A stretch of 63,546 bases of DNA, counting the filler, from Lenisia limosa (taxonomy: Eukaryota; Protista; Breviatea), in the NCBI GenBank assembly GCA_001655205.1. It is 12 parts of 12 records of this genome, joined end to end, with 100 filler letters (N's around TTAATTAATTAA, not from the genome) between each part and the next. Parts side by side here need not be neighbours in the genome. Positions count along the whole stretch, not along the records: positions 45,648 to 57,993 come from LPNZ01004052.1; positions 58,094 to 59,852 come from LPNZ01001514.1; positions 59,953 to 61,893 come from LPNZ01009363.1; positions 61,994 to 63,546 come from LPNZ01002801.1; 8 more parts are not named here. One strand, given 5' to 3'. The position numbers were made by a program, and so were the translations under genes. The notes beneath the pieces were generated by a model. The model was given only the letters and a program-made list of their open reading frames with translations, ran no database searches and was not told the DNA's origin. Below are positions 52,173-63,031 of the stretch, in pieces. Position 1 is the first letter of the stretch, and every line of letters begins with the position of its first letter.

Positions 52173-55100
52173 ATGTGGCGCATTAAGAAGCAGCGGCAGG
52201 AGATATCAACAAAAATTGGCTCTCCTGGAGCGCCTAGACAGTCACTTGGGGAAAGGTATGGGCGGAATTGATGAGTGTTGCTGCTAAGATCTCCTCTTCA
52301 ACGGTTGCCATCTCGTCTCTGTTCTTGTTTTAGCTATTTTTTGATAGCCCAGCGTACGTAGGCAGCAAGAGACCAACCCCCATCGGCTGGCCCTTGACGC
52401 ACAGATCGCAGAGAAGAAATCGACAAACGCGTTCGACCAGTTGGGGGTGTCCATGATTTTGCTAAAGCAATTGAGAGAAAATTTTTCGACTAGGCAATAT
52501 GGGATTTGAGGCAAGTTATCTTGTGGATGGTTGTGAGTATATCGAAATATGAGAGATTGCAATGATATGAACTTGCATAGAGATAAGTAGGTGAACTTGT
52601 AATTATACTCTGATAAATATTTCTTTATAAAGTGATGGTGTGGATGGTTTCGGCTAAGTAACACGTCTTGTGATTTTTCATTTCCACAAACAATAGAGAA
52701 GTATTTGATTCATCACTGCTGGTCATAACACAGTAGTGGCGGGCCTCCCTCGTCAGCAGTCAACAGAGGAGGAGGGTTTGTTATGGACAGGATGTATAAC
52801 TCTATAAATACAAGTGGAATGGTTATTTTTCTGCTTCAACTTCTTTTTATACCAGCTATCTCTGACACGGGCTATTGATAGCGTTTCATGAATTATCATA
52901 CCTCGTTGTGTATTTAAGTGGGAAGTTGTACTCTCACCACTTTCCTCATTTGACCCCCCCCCCCCNNNNNNNNNNNNNNNNNNNNNNNNNNNNNNNNNNN
53001 NNNNNNNNNNNNNNNNNNNNNNNNNNNNNNNNNNNNNNNNNNNNNNCCCGGCACCCGGGAAGCTGGACGAGACAGACCAGGCCGCGAATCTGCAGCACCA
53101 TCAGCTCGGGTGGAGGTCAATGAAAGTGTGTGGAGTAGTGCTGCAAGAGTGATATTGTATCTTCATTCGAAAGATGCGATTGATAACCTTATACGTTCTC
53201 TGTCGATTACCTTAGTTTTAATGTCCAGGCGCGGTTGAGAGTTTGCGTGATAGGCGTCGTAGGGCGCGAGAAGATGAGCGGAGGAACAAAACGTGGGTAT
53301 CAAATCAGGGCGTTAAAGGGCAACTCTTTTGATATGATCCATATCATTTCTATTGTAATAGCTAGTCTTTGACCCTCCAGCAAGCCGCCCGATACCATGC
53401 GAACAATAGACACTGGTCCTTCTTCTTCAAGGTAGCCACAGCTTCTGTGTTCCATGAATAGCGTATCAGGAAATCTCAATAGGGAAGACTTAGTTCACTT
53501 GAAAAAGTGGATTACACTTCTCATCATTCAGACGATCTCCACCACGCCGACGCGAAAGCCCCCCACGCCGACACGAAAGCCCCCCACGCCGACGTGATCC
53601 TGAGCCGAGACGGGGAGAGCCATCCCCGGCCCGCGAGCCAGTGAGCAGAAGAGACGCCGCGATTGAGGCCAAACGCCGGGCCAGGTGGGAGGGGGGTATG
53701 AGTTGTTCAATTTTCCAGTCAATGATTATTCAATTCACTGAGTAGGCAAACGCGTGAGCAGGACAAAACACGGCAAAAAGAGGGACGTGACGCCTCACCC
53801 CCTACTAGGTACTGCAGATGTGAGTGAAAGTTACTCCGTTACTAATAATTTAACTTATTGTATTACTTGCTCTCTAGAAGGCATGAATCCCCAAGAAGAA
53901 GACAGGCGTCACCACCAAGAAGACGGCAAGAATCTCCACCAAGAAGACGGCAAGAATCTCCACCAAGAAGACGGCAAGAATCTCCCCCAAGAAGACAGCA
54001 AGAATCTCCACCAAGAAAAAGGCAAGAATCTCCACCAAGAAGACGGCAAGAATCTCCACCAAGGTACAAGGAGGTCTCATTATCAACTCAACAAAAGCAC
54101 TGTTTATTCAGTACTATGGGAGGTCTTGACAGTAGGGATAGACAAGACCAGTCACTGATGAATAATTGTAAAATGCTGAATGCCTTGTGTACAATACCAT
54201 CATCCATTTATCCCATTTCCCAATTTACTGACACAGGCGACCAAAGTCCCCACAACGTGGCCCGCCATCCCCACAGGTATCCACCTCCCCGTATCATATA
54301 CAACCATGTACTGGTGCTACACAGAAAGCTCTGTCTGAATAATGTGATGGTGTGAACGGCTGCGGCCCCAATACCCTTTTAGTATCTCATATCCACATAC
54401 CGAATTCATACTGGATAGTGATACTGTATTTTACAATTATTAGCACTGATTTACCGACGTTGTAGACCGGAATGCAGTTCGGAGCTGAGGGTGACCGCAT
54501 TAGGGCGCAGTCCAAACGTGACGCTAAGGACCAGTTCATGCGTGCACAGGAAGAGGGTCTGAGACGTGGGGGGGGGGGGCAATTCAGTCCCAAAAAGTGA
54601 CATTATGAAATGCCAGCTACTTTCCGGCCACTTTATAAATAAATGGTATTGACTTCTTTAGAAGCAAGTCAGTCACAAAGAAAAGCGTCCAACGCTGGGA
54701 CCGGATTAATGGTTTGTTGAAAGGGCAGATATATTTGATGCAGTAAAGAAGGTTGCTACATACCTCTTATTACCACACAGACCTCCGGCATGATGGAACA
54801 GGCCGGGCCGGGACAGAACAGCCGTTTTGGTCCGCGTCGAGGCCAGTCCAAAGAGGAGTACGCTCGTGACCTTCAGCAGCAAATGCAGGCGTCAGGGCAG
54901 GGCAGAAGAGTGGGTTCGGCAAGAATATCCAGGCATTCTATTATCACCCAACTTTGCAGTCATTTGATTTTGCCCATTAACCTCTGCAGAGAATCGGACG
55001 AGCCCAGTCGCCACCAACACACAAAATTGGACAACCTGTCGGTGACCCTCGGGCAAGATCTGCCGAGAGGCAACGGGTGAGCCATTCATTTGTTGTCTTC

Positions 55101-57892
55101 TTTTGTTCATGTGTTTACGGAGCTGTAAGTTGCAGAACATGTCATCTGGTTAGTAGAATATGCTCTGTTTCCTTGTAAGTGATTCTTGTTCACATTTTAG
55201 TCATATGAGCCGCAGTCTCTCCAGCCCAACTATAGAGGCTACCAAAATGAGGCACCCTGTGGTTACCCTGACCAATCCCGGGCACCATCGCAGTACCAGC
55301 AGGATCCTCGAGGGTGCGTTACTGCATTAGGCATTTTTATGCGTTTTCTGACCAAACAGCGGGTATCCGGAGCAACATTCCGAGCCGGGTCGCGGCTACC
55401 AAAACGACACGTATAGGCGTCCACCCCAAGAACAATATGACTCATACTCTCAGCCCGGCCGCGTGGGAGGAGTGGGGGTTTGAAGGTTTATTATTCTCAG
55501 AGACACATCAATACCATTACCTATTCTTGTCTCACTTTGTTACTTTTGGTGTCTTTTCAATCTGTTTTAATTCCCCAGGGACCCCAAGGATACTCCCAAC
55601 CAGGTAGCCTCCAGGCACCCCCGGGACAAAGACAATTCGGCTACAGGGCTCCGGATAGCAAAGACGCGTACAGGTGAGCTGGTAATAGCTATTTGGTGGT
55701 GCATGTGCACCTCTTTTACCGGTTTAGGAGGGAATTAGAGGAGCAGGCAGCAGCGAAGAAGATGAGAGATCAGCATGAGAAAGTGGGGCGCTGGCCTGAA
55801 ATATACATATATTATATAAACATGAACAGTACCTCTACGTAATTGTGCTGCTGTGTACTTTTACGCAATAATTTCTGGAGTCCTTGTGGATTATCATCAT
55901 GGCTTCCAGATGCTTGATAAAGGAGATCCTTACGCAAGCTATGCAAACGGACCACAGCCACGAGCTTATGAACGGTTAGTTTCATTTCATGCCATTGTAA
56001 AATTTGTAGTTCGTAGACAATAATATACGTAATGATGGGTTTAATTTGGTTATTCTTGAACCTCTTATTTGTATGACCGTACCCCTAGGTCTCCAAGAGG
56101 ACTTCCTCCCCCGAGGGAAGCCCCAATGGAAAGAGTAGGATTATGGCGCTCTTCTATATTTCAATTTTTTTATAATTATATTTGGACTTTTTTGATTTAG
56201 ATCTATTTGTTACTGAGATTTGGGTCTATATGATATATTACGGATTTTGGGGTCAATATACGGTACTTGTGTATTATATTTGCTGATTTATCAGTCACGC
56301 GTCCCACCACAAATGGAGTATTCGCCACCTGCACAGACGTCTCCTCTTGCAAATGTAGGCTCCTTTGGGATAGGCCTCCAATGCTATTGTACCCTTTACG
56401 CGTTACACTGCTCCCTTTCTTTTCCAATGTATTGACGATATTTTAGAGCGGCAAAGGTGCAGCGTATGTTCAGGCAATGGGACTAGGCACTAACCCTATC
56501 CTGGGTGCTTCAGCGTCGTGGGTTGTGTTTGTTTTGGGTATTGTACATAGTATTGCCCGTACTAACCAAGAAAATTTGATCTTCTCACAAATAATTCACC
56601 TCAGGCCTGCCACTGGAGTGATAGGGTTGCAGAATGACCCAGCAGCTATGGCGCAACGAGAGAAGCAGAGAAAGTTCCAAGTGGGTGAAGTAATGGAGTC
56701 AATTCTAAGTCACCATTCCTGACTGCTTCAGCAAGATCTGGAGAATCAGCGACAGGAAGCTTTGATGAGGAAGAAGAATGAAAAAGTTGGGGCACTTCCT
56801 GAGGGATCCAAGAGACACAACAAGACAACACTCCTTGAAGACTGTCCATAGTAGCGGAAGCAGTCCATTAAATTTAGTGTTTAGACCAAGGCAGATGGTT
56901 AAGATGATGGGGTAACCGATTTAGATGCGTGAGCACCAGGAGGAAGTCAATGCTATGGAAAGAGCGATAAAAGAAAATAGAGAGGTAGGGTGCTTCCTCA
57001 TATGCCTTTCCCTTGCCTGTCAACTAAACATCACCTCTTAGTTGGAGATGAAGCAGAAGGAGGAAAGAGACCAGGAAGTTGCTAAGAAAGAGGCAGCAAT
57101 GGCTGGTCCCCCTAAAGTCGGAAGGGTGGTATTCTTCTCTTCCCATACAATATCAACCATTACCAGACCAAACTGTTGAGGAACAGCAGGTTTAAGCTTT
57201 CCTCAGTATATCAATGGATATCGCCTGCTATGTTATAACTTGTTTGTTTGTATTGATGGTGAAGGCTGGTGGAGGCCTCATAGCCGGCGGCGGCGCAGCT
57301 CTCCAGCAAAGTGTCGACGAGCAGAGGAAGAACGCTCATTTGAAGCACCAAGATGACCTTGCTAAGCAGATCGAAGGTGGGACAATGGCGCGTTGGACTT
57401 AATAACACTCTAGAACGTAAGAATGCAAAGGCAATGGAGGAGAAGAAGATCAAAGATCAAGAAGCCAAGGAAGCGGCTAGATTGGAACGAGACGCGAAGG
57501 TAAAGGGGCGGTTTTGACGAAACCATTGACCCCCCCCCCCCTTCCCGTTTCATTTGACCTAAAAGGAGCTTGAGAGGCGAAAGAAGATCGAAGATGGTGT
57601 GCCGCCGACACCCACACCTTCCGAAAGGGGCCGAAGGTATCGTGGGAGACGAAGTTGTTCATTTTATAGACACGAACTCAATCCTTGATATCACTTTTTT
57701 TAGGAACCCTCCTGGCACCGGGAGGACCAGACCGGGTACCACTACTTCCACCCGGGGAGCTGCTGTGGCCAGGGTGAGGGGGCTGAGGGACTCTCGTTTG
57801 TTGACGGTTTGATGCCCGAACGTTCATCATATCTAGGTAAACGTCAGAGCTGGTAGACGGAAACAGTCGCCGCCACCAAGCCCCATTGACCA
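52173..57892 (+). CDS. Long multi-exon Arg/Pro/Gln-rich protein with repeated short coiled-coil motifs (CSPP1/CCDC66-like character)
   Basis: Many GT-AG-bounded exons. Recurrent motifs SKEEYARDLQQQM, SKDAYRRELEEQ, AHLKHQDDLAKQIE and SPPRRRQE repeats. Start and end uncertain, possibly cut at the 57993 spacer. Confidence 0.55.
53885..54063 (+). repeat. 24-nt coding tandem repeat encoding SPPRRRQE about 7 times
   Basis: Unit approximates GAATCTCCACCAAGAAGACGGCAA; related ESPPRRR units at 53530-53600. Confidence 0.9.
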
Positions 57893-58196
57893 GTATGAAA
57901 ACACTTTTTCTTAATTAGCAAAACTGATCACCCCTTTTATACAAAGCCTCAGGTGTGTCAAAATATTTCTTGTTGATGTCTTGATGTCCCCCCNNNNNNN
58001 NNNNNNNNNNNNNNNNNNNNNNNNNNNNNNNNNNNNNTTAATTAATTAANNNNNNNNNNNNNNNNNNNNNNNNNNNNNNNNNNNNNNNNNNNNAAATTGA
58101 ATATTTGAAATAATAAGATCAAATTGAATTGGCTAAATGGGTTACTTGGGCTACATTGAGATTAAGTTATCATACATACATACTATTGATATCTAT

Positions 58197-58335
58197 TAGG
58201 CTACCTTGCAATTAAATGCAAGTATCTTGGAAAATAAACGCAGCATTTAATTATAATTATTATCCACAATCAAAGAATAGCTCAGAAAATAAATTGTAAT
58301 TAATTGTACCTGTCAATATATTGCACGGAACCCTA
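58197..58335. mobile_element. MITE family E relative
   Basis: TAGGCTACCTTGCAA...TTGCACGGAACCCTA termini, different interior. Confidence 0.55.
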
Positions 58336-58883
58336 CATTATATTCCAGAGTTACCATGATTGTACCCAAAGAACATACTCAATGTACTAATATATGATAT
58401 CATATATTTTCTGGTTTTTAACAAAGTAAGACCCAAGCATGTTTTTGTTGTACCAAGACCCTCCGCATACTACTTGACTCCTTATTACTCGTGAACTTGG
58501 CCTCAAGCTTAATCTGCGTTTCCCTTGCTCTTGAGTTGGAGTGGTGCATTCGCGATCGATCTGGGGGGGGGGGGGNNNNNNNNNNNNNNNNNNNNNNNNN
58601 NNNNNNNNNNNNNNNNNNNNNNNNNNNNNNNNNNNNNNNNNNNNNNNNNNNNNNNNNNNATATTAATTACATGATATCATATATGATATGATATTATGTA
58701 TATAATACTATATTGCTCTGTAAAAAAAACAAACCTCCCAAAGTTGGTTCAGTAACGGTATGGGAAGCCGGCGTGCTTGTATTGGACCGATCTAAGATCT
58801 ATTAGTGGGTGGAAGTATTGGACCGATAATATGGCTGACAATGGAGAGTATGAAAACTTGACCCCGTTCGTCTTGGGAGATAT

Positions 58884-59007
58884 TAGGGCTCCGTCCAATT
58901 AATTGGTTGAAGAAATTGACAAAGTTTGAAAATAAAGTGTCTGAAATGGGGTTCATGACCCACTTCAATTTTTGCAACTATTTTTCAATCAATTGCATGG
59001 AGGCCTG
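58884..59007. mobile_element. MITE family E
   Basis: TAGGGCTCCGTCCAA...TTGCATGGAGGCCTG; internal AATTGACAAAGTTTGAA and TTTTGCAACTATTTTTCAAT shared with the 41157 copy. Confidence 0.7.
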
Positions 59008-59034
59008 GTAATTATATATTTTCTTAGTAACACC

Positions 59035-59134
59035 TATGGCTTCCCTACAGTCCGAAAAAGACCGTTAAAATATCGATATTTATCGAGGATTTATCGAGAA
59101 ATTCAGTCTTTAATGGGACCGTAGGGAAGCCCTA
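59035..59134 (-). mobile_element. MITE A2, full length
   Basis: TATGGCTTCCCTACAGTCCG...GGGACCGTAGGGAAGCCCTA. Confidence 0.95.
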
Positions 59135-59498
59135 GCATAATAATAATACCCCTTATATCCCCCCCCCCCACCGCTCAGTGCCTGTGCCCGGGCCGAGAAC
59201 TTCAACTGTCCGTGTTTCTGTTGAGTCAGAAAGGAATTCTGAGTTAAATACTGCACTTTCGGTTCCAAAAGACTGGCAAAATATATATTTACAAATATGT
59301 GAAAAAATGAGACAAAAGGTGATACGATCGTTGAGTAATCCTATACTATCGAGCATCATATCCAAGGAAGGATCGTAATAAAAAGAATATTCATGGGGAC
59401 GCGCCACTTACTCTTGACATAGAATCCGGCCTGTCGGCACTGGAATATTTGCGCGGTGATTCTAAGAAGTCACAACATGGAGGTTTAAATGCAATTAA

Positions 59499-59596
59499 TT
59501 GCGCTTCCCTTCGCTCCCAAAAAAGACCGAATCTCCCAATAAATCCTCGATAAATATACTTTTTGACGGTCTTTTTCGGACCGCAGGGAAGCCCAC
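59499..59596 (+). mobile_element. MITE A2
   Basis: GCTTCCCTTCGCTCCCAAAAAAGAC...CGGACCGCAGGGAAGCCC. Confidence 0.9.
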
Positions 59597-59633
59597 AACA
59601 TAGCAAAAAGGGAATCTCGGAATTCTGCTAACG

Positions 59634-59728
59634 TAGGGCTTCACGTTGGTTCGACAAAAGACTGAATTTCTCGATAAATCCTCGAAAACTATCGATATTT
59701 TCCCAGTGTTTTTCGAACTGAAGCCCTA
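59634..59728 (+). mobile_element. MITE A1
   Basis: TAGGGCTTCAC...GAAGCCCTA with intact core; no TSD evident. Confidence 0.9.
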
Positions 59729-59952
59729 GTTATACATAAGTCTGAAAACTCAATAAGTATAAAATCTATGCCAGTCTTTTCCAGTATAAAGAAAGCCTTA
59801 AAGAATCATCATCCCCCAATATGCACTTTTCACCCCCTCCCCCCAATTTCAANNNNNNNNNNNNNNNNNNNNNNNNNNNNNNNNNNNNNNNNNNNNTTAA
59901 TTAATTAANNNNNNNNNNNNNNNNNNNNNNNNNNNNNNNNNNNNNNNNNNNN

Positions 59953-60019
59953 GTTTCTAGCCGACAGAGTTGATCTTGGGCTTTTTTATATTTCATAAAT
60001 TTCCCATTTTACTCCCTAG
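59953..60019 (+). repeat. Repeat B, 3' part
   Basis: AGCCGACAGAGTTGATCTTGGGCTTTT..TTTCATAAATTTCCCATTTTACTCCCTAG; ends at the AG. Confidence 0.9.
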
Positions 60020-61800
60020 GGCTGCCCACATCCCTGACGACCCCCTTGGTCACTCAGTTCACGAGTTCTTCCGATATCACGTGTCAGGCTTTGCAACCGG
60101 CGGGAACGTCGCCCCCATGTTTACCGGAAGTATGGGGACATTATTGGGTGGTGTTTACCGGAAGCAGATCTCAAGATCTGGCAGAATTTGAAGAAAGATC
60201 TGGTAATATTTTGAAGATCCGGTTGAAGATCTGAGAAAATATTCCAGATGAACATTTTACCCGGATCTGCAGCCCCTTGACCGGAAATATGGGGCACTAC
60301 GGGGTTGTAATGTTTACCAGGGTATTATGGAATTTCAATAAAGAATAGCGCAGAGTGGGATCCCGAACTGCCAAGTTTCCCAACCGTCCAAGATGGCGTG
60401 GTGATTTTTTTACATGGGTGGGTGGTGATGTTAACTGGAGGTATGAGTTCGATTAGCGGTCTTCACCTATTCTTGAGAAAAGTCGTCGAACTATTCCAGT
60501 TCTAACATTTCAAACCACCTGCGGCCAAGTACAGCCAGGATAACGTGAACGGAGAATCGGTGTACGGAACACTCGGCCTGTTGTTGGTAGCGATTGACTG
60601 TGGCGCATGGAGACACTACGGGGGATGTATACAATTAACACCCATGAGCATGTTTATTAGAGGGTGTTGATGTTATTCTCATTTTCTCTCTGACCGCTTA
60701 GCTTACGCGAAAAAAGCACCTGTTTTCCTGGAAGGTTAGCCTATCTTGTTTTGATATCTTCACCAAAGTAATTGTTTGACACCGTTACCACAGTGGTTGC
60801 TTTTGACATCTTTACCACAATGATTTGACATCTTAACCTAAGGGGCTGTTATGACATCTTATCCTAAGGGGCATTTTTGAAAGAAAGAAGCCTCATTAAG
60901 TGGTGACGTTTTCTCACAATGTAGCACACTCCCACTACGTGACCCAAAGCGTCATGGCAATTTGCCAAGACTACTTCAACATGTACACTGGGAAAAAGGT
61001 TGGCGGATCTGAATCGCATCCATTATTTGTTTGTATTTTTATCTATTTTCTTGCTAATGGCGATGAAAAAGACTATATCGTCAACATTGGCGATGACAAA
61101 GACTATATCGTCAACAATAGCGATGACAAAGACTATATCGTCAACAATGGCGATGACAAAGATATCGTCAACAATTCAGTTGACATTTCCGTTTTGTTCT
61201 TTGCAATACAGCAAGGGATTATTGCTACTTCATAAAGCTGTCCATGCATAGGGGACGTTGACTATATTATCTGGCCGAAACCATCCACACCATCACGTTT
61301 ACAAGAGGAATAGATAATATCACGTTGACAAGGGGAATCGATAACAAGAGGTATTGATAATATCACGCTCACAAGAGGTATTGACATTATTTAGGACCGG
61401 GATATAGACCAGGAGTTTGTGGGGTGGGCATGTCATCCGGACTATCACCCCATGGAGGACCCTTATGGCCTGGCCAATGGCGGGCCTTACTCGATTAGTG
61501 GGGGGAGGGTGTGGAAGAAGTTTGTTTTTACGTTCCCCAGATTAACTTAGTTTATATGTTCAACCCCCAGATAAGCATGTTCATGTGTATCTGTCTAATC
61601 CCCCCCCCCCTTACCCTACGCTGGAGTGATAGAATGAGGTGCTACAGAAGCGTTGCTAGCCAATAGAGTTGATTTGGGCTTTTTTTCTTTGACATAAATT
61701 TTCCAATTTCACTCCCCCAGATAAGCGGTGTATAACAGGCCGCAATGTTCACCACTTTGGGTTTGACCAAATTGAGGGCTTCACGCGGGCGCATGTCGGG
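60020..61800 (+). CDS. Multi-exon gene fragment, unassigned
   Basis: Open exons after AG at 60019 (AAHIPDDPLGHSVHEFFRYHVSGFATGG), ~61430 (HPDYHPMEDPYGLANGGPYSI) and after AG at 61720 (KRCITGRNVHHFGFDQIEGFTRAHVG). Confidence 0.5.
61056..61174 (+). repeat. 30-bp tandem repeat, about 4 units
   Basis: AATGGCGATGACAAAGACTATATCGTCAAC units; last unit has a 3-nt deletion. Confidence 0.9.
61623..61720 (+). repeat. Repeat B with internal deletion
   Basis: GGAGTGATAGAATGAGGTGCTACAGAAGC..AGCCAATAGAGTTGATTTGGGC..CATAAATTTTCCAATTTCACTCCCCCAG; ends at the AG. Confidence 0.9.
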
Positions 61801-61830
61801 GTACCACGAGCGTCATTATGTGGGGGGTAT

Positions 61831-61893
61831 TACGGCTTCACTTCGGTTCGAAAAAAGACTGAATTTCTCGATAAATCCTCGAAAACTATCTAT
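61831..61893 (+). mobile_element. MITE A1 cut by the assembly spacer
   Basis: Near-consensus left TIR and core up to the N run. Confidence 0.9.
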
Positions 61894-61993
61894 NNNNNNN
61901 NNNNNNNNNNNNNNNNNNNNNNNNNNNNNNNNNNNNNTTAATTAATTAANNNNNNNNNNNNNNNNNNNNNNNNNNNNNNNNNNNNNNNNNNNN

Positions 61994-62865
61994 AGTGTCT
62001 CTGACAGCTCTTGGGACCCTTGTTACAGAGGCGGATTTGGACGAAGACGGCCAGCTGAGCCCGGCGGAATTCAAGGGACTCCTGTCGTCTCTTGGCATCG
62101 TGCTACCGGAAGAGTATGGGTTGTTTTGATAGAAGAGTATGGGTTGCCCCCATTTTACTCCCCTCAACGTTGTTTTATTCTCTATTATATATAGGGCTTC
62201 CCTTTTTTTTAACAAGAGAAATAATATACATTAGAAATATAGGGAAACCTGTATCTCACATCGCTACAGTGAAATGAGCGAGCTCGCCATGGGACTTGGG
62301 GCGGACAGCAACGGGTTCATAGACAACGCCGCTATCCTGGCAGGGCTCTCTTCCTGGGTGTCTGCTGGCGGCATGGTGGGGAGAGGTATTAGGTAATATG
62401 ATAATAAAAAGATGGTGTAGATTTGATAAGATAATGATAAAGGGGATGGAAGGAGATTATTAGGGCTTCCCTACGGTCAGGTATAACAGAACTCCTTTTG
62501 TGCAGTATCAACTTTGTTATTAATACTGACTATTAAGGCTTCACTTGGGTTTGGGAAAATATCGATAGTTTTCGAGGATTTATCGAGAAATTCAGTCTTT
62601 TTTCGAACCGAAGTGAAACGCTACTGACTATATCCTATTCCTCTGCTATTTATTGAACCTTTTCTCTTTTCACTTTTTAGCAATTTGGCGGGCAAGAAGA
62701 CACCCAAAGTCAAAGGTGGGTAAACAGCATAGCATAAATCACATAATAAGAGAATTTCGTAGTGGGGTTTTTGTTGCATAAATTTTCCAATTTTACATAC
62801 CACCCCCTGAATGTTAACAACCCCTTATTGTTTAGAATGATGACGTTCCTGTCTTCAACATTGGT
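61994..62865 (+). CDS. EF-hand calcium-binding protein fragment
   Basis: TLVTEADLDEDGQLSPAEFKGLL contains a canonical EF-hand loop; second exon GADSNGFIDNAAIL; further short exons at ~62689-62715 and 62836-62865. Confidence 0.7.
62534..62623 (-). mobile_element. MITE A1
   Basis: Perfect 8-bp TSD CTGACTAT at 62526-62533 and 62624-62631. Confidence 0.95.
62750..62810 (+). repeat. Repeat B, short 3' fragment
   Basis: GGGGTTTTTGTTGCATAAATTTTCCAATTTTAC; AG at 62834-62835 of an EF-hand gene exon. Confidence 0.7.
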
Positions 62866-62949
62866 GGCACCACAGGTGAGGCTCAGGCAAACCCTCACAT
62901 TTCAAGATATTCATATTCCTAGTATTCCAAAATATCATGCATATGTATA

Positions 62950-63031
62950 CACAGTGATCGGGATACGTCTTGACCGATTTACTATGTAATTTCCCAATGA
63001 AAATTGGTCAAGACTTATCCCGGTCACTGTA
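62950..63031. mobile_element. MITE family F (82 bp)
   Basis: Same ends and TA flanks as the 16489 copy. Confidence 0.85.

Noticed and set aside
53858-54355. SR splicing factor
   Set aside because: Repeats are SPPRRR rather than RS dipeptides and no RRM is recognisable
61056-61174. CRISPR-like 30-bp repeat with weak internal dyad
   Set aside because: Head-to-tail tandem units without spacers
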